This document shows, piece after piece, positions 29,591 to 39,423 of a stretch of 64,000 nt of DNA. The notes below the pieces were generated by a model, which did not search any database, was not told the origin of the DNA, and saw only the letters and a list, made by a program, of their open reading frames with translations. Origin of the DNA: a virus; IMG/VR virus record IMGVR_UViG_3300023245_000006, positions 1-64,000 of that record. One strand, given 5' to 3'. Numbering within the stretch: position 1 is the first letter of the stretch; the number at the start of each line of letters is the position of its first letter. Position numbers and translations under genes: made by a program.

Positions 29591-30505
29591 TCAATTTTTG
29601 ATGAATTGTCCTTTGTCATTTCGTTTGTTGTAGAACTTATGACCACAAGGTTTTGTTCCATAAATCTCTTCGCTGTCCTCGTCCCAATCTCCACCATTCG
29701 ATGAGTATAGATATTCATCGAATCCATTGTCCTCGTCCCAATCTCCACCATTCGATGAGTATAGATATTCATCGAATCCATTGTCCGAACGATTTCTCCA
29801 ATCCTCCTCGTATTCAGCAACGACTTCGTAGGTATTTGCCCTTGCCTTAGTATTTGCATAATCGCTCGGGACACTGACAACATCAGACGGATTGACCTTG
29901 ACAATCATCGTGTGGCCATTCGTATCTGAGAAGTTAGGCAGATAGGCCAAAGAGCAAAAGTGCAAGCCTGTAGAACAGGTTTGATCTTTGTTCTCATCCA
30001 CCAGATTGCGAGGCATCCAAGGCTTTTGACCAACCGAATTGTCAAACTTTCCAGAATGAATATCGTGGAAGTTTGCGCGAACATTTTTAAATGCAAGGAA
30101 GCACCCATCTTCGGTGATAGGCATTTCCCCTACTTCCAAAAAGTTATAGAGTTCATTGACCGCACGACTCGAAGGATTCTTCAAAAGATTCTCCAAGAAT
30201 TTAATAAGTGGTTCAACCGGAAGATCTTCCCGCATGAATTTCAAGATCCGAACGGTGAGCGAATTATGAAGAGGTTCCCCTGCATACATGATCGCACCGT
30301 CATTGATTTCGATGTTCTGTCCACCGTATTCTTTGAGACCTTGAGCAAGGTCAAGAAGTCCGGTGAGTTTGTTCCATTCTTTCGACTTGAGAACTTCAAG
30401 AACCTTTCGGTAATTTGGGTGATCGGTTTCAACCGTCAAAGGCTTGTTATCGATGCAAGCAGAGATTCGTCCGGTTCCGCTGATTGTGTAGGCTACTTGT
30501 TTCAT
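29591..30505 (-). CDS. rIIB: rIIB-like protein
   Basis: FLENLLKNPS, ITEDGCFLAFK, CSTGLHFCS, VKVNPSDVVSVPSDY; downstream of rIIA; 54-bp tandem duplication at 29674-29786. Confidence 0.88.
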   Translation of the reverse strand: MKQVAYTISGTGRISACIDNKPLTVETDHPNYRKVLEVLKSKEWNKLTGLLDLAQGLKEYGGQNIEINDGAIMYAGEPLHNSLTVRILKFMREDLPVEPLIKFLENLLKNPSSRAVNELYNFLEVGEMPITEDGCFLAFKNVRANFHDIHSGKFDNSVGQKPWMPRNLVDENKDQTCSTGLHFCSLAYLPNFSDTNGHTMIVKVNPSDVVSVPSDYANTKARANTYEVVAEYEEDWRNRSDNGFDEYLYSSNGGDWDEDNGFDEYLYSSNGGDWDEDSEEIYGTKPCGHKFYNKRNDKGQFIKN

Positions 30506-30574
30506 TTTAATAGGTATTTGGTTTTGGTTTTGGTTTTGGTTTTGGTTTTGGTTTGTATCCGTTCTTTAGGATGT

Positions 30575-32566
30575 TTAGATTGTTACAGAAGTTTGGTTGA
30601 TTGTCAAATCTTTCCTATCGAATTTGTAAATTATTTTCAAGATTTCTGAAATGTCCCAATTATAGGTTCCAATTTTATTGGCCATCATGTGGTAGAATTC
30701 ATCGGTGGTCCCAAGTTTTACTTCGGTTCCTCCGGTGGAATTTCCATCCTTCATGAAGCTAACATTATTCTTATACACTTTCAAGACACTATCAATAGCC
30801 AACATATAAACCTTGAAGGGATTCATATCACAAAGGAGTTTGAAAGTTGGATTTTTAACAATCTCCTTGATATACGAACCATGATGGAAGTGTTTTTTAT
30901 AGGTAGCAACATCATCCTTAGAATAACTAATAGGGACAATCTCCTCAATAAACTTTTTAAACGGTTCTACGCCATCCTTGAGCAATTGCACGGCACCCCG
31001 CTTGCTAACCATTACAACTTCATCAATAACTATTTTGTAATGATTACAAATATCTCTTAGAGTATAGGGGTCTTGACAAGAGACAACATCATTAGATAGA
31101 TCAAAATCTTTGTTGTTACCTTCCCGTTCGATGAAGTAGGCCGGAAGATTGTTTTGGTCATAATCACACGAATTCCATACTACACCACAAAGTCTAAAGA
31201 TTTTGAACGGTGGAATTGAACCCCTAGAGGTAGTCACGGCTCGGGCAACTTTAGGCAGAGAACTTGTGAGCAAGAACAGGCTATCATCGAATCCATTAGC
31301 AATCATTTCCTTATGAGAATCTTCCGAGAAGATCATAATATGTTTATCATTATCAATGACATATCGCTTTGCCCTACTGAGGGTTGCCCTTTGGAGATCG
31401 TCCTTATACCAGACAATGTTAGGATCAAGGCTAATCCTTTCGGACACCCTAGTCTTACCACGACCATAGGATTTAATATAAACTTGAGTAATACCTGTAT
31501 TCTTAACCAGTCCATTTGTAAAGATTTCGGGTTGACTAATATCCAGACCTTGCCATGTTGCTGCCTTAGAACGCAGAGACTTGTCGAGAAAGTTAAACTT
31601 GCGATCAAAGGCATAAACCGCTCGAAGAGCCTCTAAGATAGTTGGTTTGTTTTGAATTGTTTGATTATAGCAGATTGCAAAATCTTCTTTCACGTATTCG
31701 ATCTTTGCATTAATAGCCGCAATCGTGTCATCATCATACGATAGTGCCTCTCTACTTGGCACAAAATCAAGTTCGCCCATTTCGAAAAACATAACCAATC
31801 CGGTATTACGGAGCATTTCACGATGGGCGTAGGAAACCTTATCCGAATCAATTTTATAGGCAACTCCACCCATGATTGCATAGGTTGTATCATAGCCAAA
31901 AGACTCGTAAGATTTCCAGTTCTTCCCTTCGAATGTAGGAACATCGTCGTTCCATGCAATGCTTCCACCGCTGATAGTTGGTTTGACCTCGAAGAAACGA
32001 AAGGCACTTCGAACAGCATCTTCAAAAGTGTGTAAATCAGTGGTCTTGATAGGGATTTGAATAGCCAATCCATTCCCTTCCGATGTAAAATTTGTGGACA
32101 TCAAACCACAGGCAGGCAATCCTTTTTCATCGAAAAAGATGTTGTAGATTCGTTGGGTTCCATCAACAATCGAAGTAACCGTGAAGTTATCGGTGTAGCA
32201 CAATGGAGACTTGCTTCCAAGTCCAAGGCAACCAATTTGGTCATTGCTCTCGGTTTTTGTTGATGCAAAGTATTGTGTATAGACTTCGTAAATATCCTCA
32301 TGGGAAATTCCGGTTCCAAAGTCCTTAAAGGTAATCCAAGGTTCCAGCGTATTAGGAAGATGAATATGAAAAGGTTGATCTTTCTTTCCGGAAGCACTCA
32401 TCGAATCGGAAGCATTGCACCCAAGTTCTCGGACGATGGCAAGAGGCTTATCTGAGTATAAATCACTCAAAATGGCGAACGCCTTTCTCGATTGTTTCAT
32501 TCCGAAATTGCGAGTTTCGGTTGTTCCGGAAGTTTCAATGGTAATTTGATTGTCTTGTAAGATCAT
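30575..32566 (-). CDS. rIIA: rIIA-like protein with GHKL/HSP90-like ATPase N-terminus
   Basis: LYSDKPLAIVRELGCNASDS, DFGTGI, STKTESNDQIGCLGLGSKS, PSREALSY. Confidence 0.9.
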   Translation of the reverse strand: MILQDNQITIETSGTTETRNFGMKQSRKAFAILSDLYSDKPLAIVRELGCNASDSMSASGKKDQPFHIHLPNTLEPWITFKDFGTGISHEDIYEVYTQYFASTKTESNDQIGCLGLGSKSPLCYTDNFTVTSIVDGTQRIYNIFFDEKGLPACGLMSTNFTSEGNGLAIQIPIKTTDLHTFEDAVRSAFRFFEVKPTISGGSIAWNDDVPTFEGKNWKSYESFGYDTTYAIMGGVAYKIDSDKVSYAHREMLRNTGLVMFFEMGELDFVPSREALSYDDDTIAAINAKIEYVKEDFAICYNQTIQNKPTILEALRAVYAFDRKFNFLDKSLRSKAATWQGLDISQPEIFTNGLVKNTGITQVYIKSYGRGKTRVSERISLDPNIVWYKDDLQRATLSRAKRYVIDNDKHIMIFSEDSHKEMIANGFDDSLFLLTSSLPKVARAVTTSRGSIPPFKIFRLCGVVWNSCDYDQNNLPAYFIEREGNNKDFDLSNDVVSCQDPYTLRDICNHYKIVIDEVVMVSKRGAVQLLKDGVEPFKKFIEEIVPISYSKDDVATYKKHFHHGSYIKEIVKNPTFKLLCDMNPFKVYMLAIDSVLKVYKNNVSFMKDGNSTGGTEVKLGTTDEFYHMMANKIGTYNWDISEILKIIYKFDRKDLTINQTSVTI

Positions 32567-32659
32567 GGTATTTTATTTGTGGTTTGTGGTTTGTGTTTAC
32601 GATTAAGAAAATATAGATTTTTAGGAAAAGGTCAAGAAAAATTTCAATGAACCATTTTA

Positions 32660-32905
32660 TTAAAATTCTAATTCGACTTTTCCGGTCCAGATTTTTGCGG
32701 TTCCTGCTTCGATATTATCGATACACCAATCTTGTCGATAGTGTCCAAGGGGTCGAGGATACGGATTTTTATTATCGCAGGAGGTTTCTTTAATAACAAA
32801 TCCTTTTTGACCTTCAAGAATCAATACGACTGTTTTGTCTGCGAATTGTATACAATATGGTTTTTTTTCTCCAAGGATTTGTGAAGGTGTAAGTTTTGAT
32901 TTCAT
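32660..32905 (-). CDS. Hypothetical early protein
   Basis: ORF with TTGACA promoter. Confidence 0.55.
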   Translation of the reverse strand: MKSKLTPSQILGEKKPYCIQFADKTVVLILEGQKGFVIKETSCDNKNPYPRPLGHYRQDWCIDNIEAGTAKIWTGKVELEF

Positions 32906-33136
32906 GGTTTTAAGGTATTTTAGTTTTGATTAAATGTCAATCCTCATCTTCGAGTTCTTCACCTTCCGATGTCACAAGAGACCATCCAAGTTGTGTAAGT
33001 GCTTCGGTTCGAGGTTCTTGTCCTTCTTCAACAGAGAATTCAATCTTATCTGCTTCATCGAAGGTGCTCAGTAGTTTGTAGTTTTTTTCTTCCATATTTT
33101 AGTTTTATTTTTATTTGTTTTGTTTTAGATTTTTGT

Positions 33137-33367
33137 TTACCATATATCCACGAAAGTTCCGTGTACATCAGTCTGAACATTGTTGATCATATTTTCTAGA
33201 CTTTCTAAGTATTCCATCGATTCTTGGTCAGGGCTTCTACCTGTTTCGCAAACTTCACTTTGTTCGTCAATATCCAATATATCAACTTTGATTTCGCCTT
33301 CGGGAAAGTTACCAGATACTCCAGTAACGACCCCACCGTCAACTGTGATGATGATTCTTTTTGTCAT
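33137..33367 (-). CDS. Hypothetical protein
   Basis: IIITVDGGVV...ILDID motif frequent in small phage proteins. Confidence 0.6.
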   Translation of the reverse strand: MTKRIIITVDGGVVTGVSGNFPEGEIKVDILDIDEQSEVCETGRSPDQESMEYLESLENMINNVQTDVHGTFVDIW

Positions 33368-33377
33368 ATTATTACGA

Positions 33378-34052
33378 TTAGAGGATTTCTTGCATTTTGT
33401 CAATGCTTTTCTTCTGTGTTCCGTGGGCCGGAAAATAGATAATGTAATCTTTTCGTTCCATTTTTTGGCACAGTCCGCATTTTTCGCAGGTCATTGCATC
33501 GCGATAGGTGGCCGGACAGGCAAGGAACTTTTCGCCCTTGTATTCAAAGCTGGTGCGAGATTCGCCACTAGGAACTACTGCACAAACCGGAACACCATGT
33601 TTTGCAAGTTCAACGGCATGGTCCGGATCATTGGCCGAAAGATTGATAGAAAATCCACCGCTGATAGCAGTCTTGATTGTTGCAAGGTTATGGGGTGTAG
33701 GTTCATGGTGGGTGTAGGTAAATCCGCGTTTACCTTTGTTGGCACTGGTGAGCTTTTCAACAAAATCTTTATCGATTGCCCCGAAAAAGTTAGGAAGATC
33801 GCCTGCCTGATTGTGCCTCCATAGTTGACCCTTTGGAAAGGCACTAACACCTTTGAGGAAAGAAGCACCATCAATACCACGATCAGTATCCGTTACTTTG
33901 TTCCAGTGAATATTAAGAGGGCCGTTCTTTGCATAGCATCCTTTTTCATAGAAAGAACAAGTCGTAGGACAAGAATCTTTAGATGTAGTTGTAACCGGAA
34001 TAGGTCCTGTTTTGGAATTGCTAGATTTTCGAGTAATGTGGTATTTTGTCAT
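33378..34052 (-). CDS. Conserved Cys-rich phage protein (radical-SAM-like CxxxC...CYA cluster)
   Basis: SNSKTG, SCPTTC...GCYA, WRHNQAGD, FTYTH, CPA...TCEKCGLC, FPAHG. Confidence 0.7.
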   Translation of the reverse strand: MTKYHITRKSSNSKTGPIPVTTTSKDSCPTTCSFYEKGCYAKNGPLNIHWNKVTDTDRGIDGASFLKGVSAFPKGQLWRHNQAGDLPNFFGAIDKDFVEKLTSANKGKRGFTYTHHEPTPHNLATIKTAISGGFSINLSANDPDHAVELAKHGVPVCAVVPSGESRTSFEYKGEKFLACPATYRDAMTCEKCGLCQKMERKDYIIYFPAHGTQKKSIDKMQEIL

Positions 34053-34177
34053 GGATAGTAGAATAGTAAAAGTTTATGGTATAGTCAAGGCATTTTAATA
34101 AAAAGATAGTCTGTCCCCTCTCCTAAATCTTCTACCATTAAAAGACTCTGGAGAAGGGACAAACAAATCTATTTAGG

Positions 34178-34951
34178 TTAGAACCTACAGTTTGAACCGT
34201 TTCCGGCAATTACCTCAATTGGGCGAGACTTCTCGTTGATAATGACCTTGTTGACAGTCTCGCCTTCTTCGGCAAAACGATCATCCCGAGCACTTGCCCG
34301 ACTGGAATAAACGAGGGCGTTCTCCAAATTGGCCGTATAGACCGATTTTGTATTGCGATTTAGGAATCGTCCGGTTTTGATGTTTCGGATAACCCATGCT
34401 GTTGCTGTTTTTGTTTTTGTTTTCATATTTTTTAATCGTATCAGTTTTTTAATATTTGTCAATTGTTTTGTGCAAATAAAGATATTTTTACCAGCCGAGC
34501 TAACGGTGAAGAGAGTTTCGAGAACTTTCTTAAATGCATTACTATCTTGCTCCTCGAAGTATCTTGGAGATTGTGGATAGTTGATGATCAAGAGTCCACC
34601 CCTTTTAATGCCCTTGTGTATCTCCATAAGGGCACGACCTTGCATTTTGGCATCAGACCATGTATTTGCAACATTAGAGGCATATACGACATCGTAGCTC
34701 GAACGTGCTACCTTTGTTACCATTCCAGGTTTCCGGTTATTCCCAAAGTCGTAGGCATCAACCTTAAATCCTAGATCATTTAAACGGTGTGCATGAATTT
34801 GATCGGGTCCGCACCCATAATCCAAAATATGAAGTTCTCTAGAAAGAACATCTTCTACGAATCGAGGGACGAGCGCATTCTTTCCGACGATGCCAGCAGA
34901 CCGTGCAGATTTGTTGGCTTTGATTATTTCGAGTGGTAATACTTTCATCAT
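34178..34951 (-). CDS. Class I SAM-dependent methyltransferase-like protein, in frame with a separately promoted ~82-aa ORF (MKTKTK, start 34426)
   Basis: ILDYGCG, AYD, YDVVYASNVAN; internal TTGACA promoter at ~34457-34462. Confidence 0.7.
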   Translation of the reverse strand: MMKVLPLEIIKANKSARSAGIVGKNALVPRFVEDVLSRELHILDYGCGPDQIHAHRLNDLGFKVDAYDFGNNRKPGMVTKVARSSYDVVYASNVANTWSDAKMQGRALMEIHKGIKRGGLLIINYPQSPRYFEEQDSNAFKKVLETLFTVSSAGKNIFICTKQLTNIKKLIRLKNMKTKTKTATAWVIRNIKTGRFLNRNTKSVYTANLENALVYSSRASARDDRFAEEGETVNKVIINEKSRPIEVIAGNGSNCRF

Positions 34952-34975
34952 TTTTTAAGGTTATGTAATTTTTGT

Positions 34976-35206
34976 TTAGATGTCAAGGTTCGAAGTTTTG
35001 CAGACGAGAATTAATGCTCTTTTTCTAGGTCCATATGCAGAAGAATGAGATAATCTATAATACCCAGTGTCTCCGATTGGTCCAGATCCCGAAGCATTAG
35101 ATGATTTACTTTCTAAAAGTTTTTTGATTTCATTTTTATCGGCGATATCGATCACCTGATATTTTCCTTTAGGGTAGAATTGTTCGAGCGAAAGTTCTTT
35201 GGACAT
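34976..35206 (-). CDS. Hypothetical early protein
   Basis: ORF with TTGACA-N16-TAGTCT promoter. Confidence 0.5.
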   Translation of the reverse strand: MSKELSLEQFYPKGKYQVIDIADKNEIKKLLESKSSNASGSGPIGDTGYYRLSHSSAYGPRKRALILVCKTSNLDI

Positions 35207-35329
35207 GGATCAAAGACTAGGGGTTTTTACACAAATGTCAAGGACCGATTCCCAAAGAATGATTTTTTACTTTGGGAGATATTTCCCTTATATTTAAAAT
35301 CAATCGGTTCTTCCCCGAAAAGGAAATTT

Positions 35330-35638
35330 TCATTTGATAATTTTGATCTTGTAGCCAAGTAGTTTTTCCAGTTCGGCTACTGTAATGTCTTTGGAGGTTT
35401 GTGTTTTGATTTTAAACTCAGACTCCGTGTATTCCTTACCATTGATGTACCATGATTTATATCCATTTGGATCTTCAATTGCAGGTCCGTCTTCACGATG
35501 GAGATTACCATTGAGGTACCATGCACTATATCCATCGGAATCTTCAATGGCTGGTCCGTCTTCACGATGGAGATTGCCATTGAGGTACCATGATTTATGC
35601 CCATCCTCCACTTCGACTGTGTATGTGATTTTATTCAT
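35330..35638 (-). CDS. HREDGP-repeat protein paralogue (2 repeats)
   Basis: 23-aa WYLNGxLHREDGPAIE unit; termini shared with its neighbours. Confidence 0.85.
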   Translation of the reverse strand: MNKITYTVEVEDGHKSWYLNGNLHREDGPAIEDSDGYSAWYLNGNLHREDGPAIEDPNGYKSWYINGKEYTESEFKIKTQTSKDITVAELEKLLGYKIKIIK

Positions 35639-36012
35639 TTGATAATTTTGATCTTGTAACCAATTAGTTCTTCCAGTTCGACTACCGTAAGGTCTTTGGG
35701 TTTTTGTGTTTTGGCTTTAAACTCAGACTCCGTGTATTTCACACCATTGATGTACCATGCACTATATCCATTTGAATCTTCAATGGCTGGACCGTCTTCC
35801 CGGTGGAACTTATTATTGAGGTACCATGCACTATATCCATTTAGGCCCTCAAGTGCTGGTCCGTCTTCCCTGTGGAGTTCCCCGTTGAGGTACCATTGTT
35901 TATTCCCATTTGGATCTTCAACGGCTGGACCGTCTTCACGATGGAGTTTGCCATTGAGGTACCATGCACTATATCCGTCCTCTACTTCTACTGTGTATGT
36001 GATTTTATTCAT
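35635..36012 (-). CDS. HREDGP-repeat protein paralogue (3 repeats)
   Basis: Same repeat unit and shared termini. Confidence 0.85.
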   Translation of the reverse strand: MNKITYTVEVEDGYSAWYLNGKLHREDGPAVEDPNGNKQWYLNGELHREDGPALEGLNGYSAWYLNNKFHREDGPAIEDSNGYSAWYINGVKYTESEFKAKTQKPKDLTVVELEELIGYKIKIIK

Positions 36013-36056
36013 TTGATCTATATTAGTTTAGAGTTTGTTACGTGTCAAGGCTATTT

Positions 36057-36371
36057 TCATGTTTTGGAGATAATTTTGATCTTGTAGCCAAGTAGTTTTT
36101 CGAGTTCGGCTACTGTGATGTCTTTGGAGGTTTGTATTTTGATTTTAAACTCAGACTCCGTATATTTCACACCATTGAGGTACCATGATTTATTCTCATT
36201 TGACCATTCAACGGCTGGTCCGTCTTCACGATGGAGTTCACCATTGAGGTACCATGATTTATGCCCATTTGAATCTTCAACGGCTGGACCGTCTTCCCGG
36301 TGGAGTTTACCATTGAGGTACCATTCTTTATAGCCATCCTCTACTTCGACTGTGTATGTGATTTTATTCAT
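36057..36371 (-). CDS. HREDGP-repeat protein paralogue (2 repeats)
   Basis: Same repeat unit and shared termini. Confidence 0.85.
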   Translation of the reverse strand: MNKITYTVEVEDGYKEWYLNGKLHREDGPAVEDSNGHKSWYLNGELHREDGPAVEWSNENKSWYLNGVKYTESEFKIKIQTSKDITVAELEKLLGYKIKIISKT

Positions 36372-36414
36372 TTTTATATACTAGCTTAGGGTTTTATACG
36401 TGTCAAGGCCATTT

Positions 36415-36801
36415 TCATTTGATAATTTTGATCTTGTAGCCAAGTAGTTTTTCGAGTTCGGCTACTGTGATGTCTTTGGAGGTTTGTATTTTGATTTTAA
36501 ACTCAGACTCCGTATATTTCACACCATTGATGAACCATTTTTTAGTCCCATTTGAGTATTCAATGGCTGGTCCGTCTTCCCTATGGAGTTCACCATTGAT
36601 GTACCATGCATTATATCCACTATCTCCATTTGAGTATTCAACGGCTGGTCCGTCTTCACGATGGAGATTACCATTGATGAACCATGCACTATATCCACTT
36701 AAACCTTCAATGGCCGGACCATCTTCGCGATGGCGTTTACCATTGAGGTACCATGCACTATAGCCATCCTCTACTTCGACTGTGTATGTGATTTTATTCA
36801 T
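36415..36801 (-). CDS. HREDGP-repeat protein paralogue (3 repeats)
   Basis: Same repeat unit and shared termini. Confidence 0.85.
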   Translation of the reverse strand: MNKITYTVEVEDGYSAWYLNGKRHREDGPAIEGLSGYSAWFINGNLHREDGPAVEYSNGDSGYNAWYINGELHREDGPAIEYSNGTKKWFINGVKYTESEFKIKIQTSKDITVAELEKLLGYKIKIIK

Positions 36802-36844
36802 TTTTATATACTAGCTTAGGGTTTTATATATGTCAAGGCAGTTT

Positions 36845-37297
36845 TCATGTTTTGGAGATAATTTTAATCTTGTAGCCAAGTAGTTTTTCCAGTTCGGCTA
36901 CGGTAATGTTTTTGGTTTTTTGTGTTTTGATTTTAAACTCAGACTCCGTGTGTTTCTCACCATTGATGAACCATGATTTATCCCCATTTGAGTATTCAAC
37001 GGCTGGTCCGTCCTCCCGATGGAGTTTGCCATTGAGGTACCATTCTTTATATCCATTTGGACTTTCAACGGCTGGACCGTCTTCCCTGTGGAGTTTACCA
37101 TTGAGGAACCATTTTTTAGTCCCATTTGAGTATTCAATGGCTGGTCCGTCTTCACGATGGAGTTCACCATTGATGAACCATGCACTATATCCATCTGAAT
37201 TTAGAACGGCTGGACCGTCTTCCCGATGGAACTTATCATTGAGGTACCATGCACTATAGCCATCCTCTACTTCGACTGTGTATGTGATTTTATTCAT
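36845..37297 (-). CDS. HREDGP-repeat protein paralogue (4 repeats)
   Basis: Same repeat unit and shared termini. Confidence 0.85.
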   Translation of the reverse strand: MNKITYTVEVEDGYSAWYLNDKFHREDGPAVLNSDGYSAWFINGELHREDGPAIEYSNGTKKWFLNGKLHREDGPAVESPNGYKEWYLNGKLHREDGPAVEYSNGDKSWFINGEKHTESEFKIKTQKTKNITVAELEKLLGYKIKIISKT

Positions 37298-37328
37298 TTT
37301 TATATACTAGGTTAGAGTTTTATATACG

Positions 37329-37577
37329 TCAAACACAATTTTCACAAATCTCAACCGTCGTTTCGGCACTCTGATAATATGTATTTTTCCAGCCAAAATT
37401 TGACCTATATGCACTGGTGACATATTCTCCGGTGGTATATTTACGATAACCATAGGCAATGTGAGAAAGAACACGGTCCACGGTGCCGATGATTACGGTT
37501 GTTGCTCTTCCATATCCGTTCCTGCGGGCAATGATGTTTGCTCGGAGCTGTTGCTGTGGGATGATTTCTTGTTTCAT
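37329..37577 (-). CDS. Hypothetical protein, first gene of the leftward early block
   Basis: ORF with TTGACA promoter at ~37607-37612. Confidence 0.6.
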   Translation of the reverse strand: MKQEIIPQQQLRANIIARRNGYGRATTVIIGTVDRVLSHIAYGYRKYTTGEYVTSAYRSNFGWKNTYYQSAETTVEICENCV

Positions 37578-37714
37578 ACCTACAAACTACGCACAATTTA
37601 CAACCATGTCAAATAAAATTATTCTCTAGGGGAAAAGTAATGATCCAAAGTTGTAAATAGTTTATTTAAAATCATTTAGAAAAGTTCAGAAATTTCTCGT
37701 TTTTTAGAACCACT

Positions 37715-37764
37715 AAGTCTTTTCCCTTTGTGCAATAAATTTAGACTATCATGGATTTGAAATT
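37715..37764 (-). repeat. ~50-bp dispersed repeat, copy 3 (inverted)
   Basis: Reverse complement of the 21238/22277 element, with one mismatch. Confidence 0.88.
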
Positions 37765-37779
37765 TTGTCACCAACAATC

Positions 37780-39110
37780 TTTATGTATTTTTCAGAATTT
37801 TAAAAAAATTCAACCCTGTCTCCCCTTGTAACACAATAGCAAAACCTTGAAATTTGTCAAGACTAAATTTTCAGAATTTTCAGAATTTTCAGAAAACTCG
37901 GCCCGTGCCAATTTTTCTGAATTTTCTGAAAGGGGTAGGTGTTCCCTGTGTGGTATAAATTTATTCTTACATATTTTGAGAATTTTGTCAATCTTTTAAA
38001 TTTTCTGCAATTGTAAACCATTGATTTACAAGCATTTACGATGTTTCAGAAGATTTTTCTTTACATTTTCGAAATGGATTCGGTAATTTTTTTACATGAT
38101 AAATGAAGGAGGCGAAATTAAATAAACGTGTATGTAGTTGGTTTTCAGTAACTTACGAATAATCGGATAGCCGAAGTTCGTAAGTCATTGGTAATCATTG
38201 GTTTATGCAAGTGGTTGTAAGTCATTGGTAATCATTGGTTTATGCAAGTGGTTGTAAGTCATTGGTAATCATTGGTTTACAGAAAAGTCATAAGTGGTTG
38301 AAAATCAGTAACTTATCTAAGTCATTGATATTCAAAGACTTAGATTATTACACAAAAATAGTAAATACTAAAAAATAGTAAATACTCTTTATTACACAAA
38401 AACCGTAAAAACCTGTAAAACCTGTAAAACCTGTGAAAAAATCGTCCTACGGACAAAACATCCACAAATTTTTAAATGGTCGGTGCTATTTTGATACTAT
38501 GAACAAAAAAGAAAAAAACCTATATTATTTTTCATTTGTTCTCCTATTAATATAATCTGGTTCTTTTCTTTGGTAAACCTTAGTGTACAAAAACAGATCT
38601 ATGTTCCCTTATACCTGTCACACTGTCTATATGAAAATAGTCTAGGGAAATTTTTTTTTTTAGATCGTCTGGTTCTGTTCTTGGTTTGAGAAAGATACTT
38701 TTTCACATATCCTTTTATAATGAATCACCATATATATATGGTCTTGTTTATATTATTAATGATCCTATATACATTTTCTTGATCTAATAGATATATCATA
38801 TCACCAGATCGTTTATTCTTTATTAATTCGAGTCTCATAATTTTTTGGTTCATATTGATATCAGTGTTGTATTCTTACACCATGTTCTATTTCTACACCA
38901 TGTTCTATTATTACACCTAGTTCCTTTTCATTCTATTCTCATTATAGTATAGGGTCTTATCTATATCTACGATCTTAATTAACCAGATGTTCTATTTTAG
39001 TTCTTTTTTTTTTGCACACGATTCCAACAAAGGTTTCGGGTTTTGCCCTTTTCTTCTACCCACCGGACATTTTGGTTTTTCATATTTTAATTTGTTATAG
39101 ATAAAAAACC
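37780..39110. other. Large non-coding repeat-rich region (candidate origin, packaging site or genome terminus)
   Basis: No ORFs; TTTTCAGAA direct and inverted repeats; 37-bp tandem repeat at 38180-38279; TAAGT-N2-TTG-N5-CA-N3-ACTTA palindromes; AAAACCTGT x3. Confidence 0.6.
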
Positions 39111-39112
39111 TA

Positions 39113-39334
39113 TTATCCCCCAATTCTGTTCCATTTATGATCCGAGAATTTATCGGGATTTTCTGCTAATTGGGATGTATGGGTGGGTAGAGATTTTATC
39201 TCGTTATAACCCTTGACCATTAAAAATTCATTGATGTTTTCGTTGGTGGGTGGGATATCTTCTAGAATTTCATCCAATTTAGGATCTTTGATCAATTTTA
39301 GGTTCATAATATTTCCCACGATCATACCACACAC
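39113..39334 (-). CDS. Small hypothetical protein
   Basis: ORF with TTGACA upstream; start uncertain. Confidence 0.4.
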   Translation of the reverse strand: MCGMIVGNIMNLKLIKDPKLDEILEDIPPTNENINEFLMVKGYNEIKSLPTHTSQLAENPDKFSDHKWNRIGG

Positions 39335-39423
39335 ATTTACCTTGTCAAAATATATTTGTTTAATGGTTCCATTTGTCCATTATTACGAACATTTAGTAAC
39401 AATTCGAATATTTTTGGTCCCTT

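Noticed and set aside
29674-29786. 54-bp tandem duplication in rIIB as a regulatory repeat
   Set aside because: In-frame duplication in an acidic linker; probably neutral slippage.
35330-37297. Diversity-generating retroelement or CRISPR behind the HREDGP repeats
   Set aside because: All copies are coding, variation is not evidently adenine-restricted, and no reverse transcriptase is present in the window.
38180-38279. 37-bp repeats as a second CRISPR array
   Set aside because: Head-to-tail tandem copies with no spacers, and unrelated to the CRISPR repeat.
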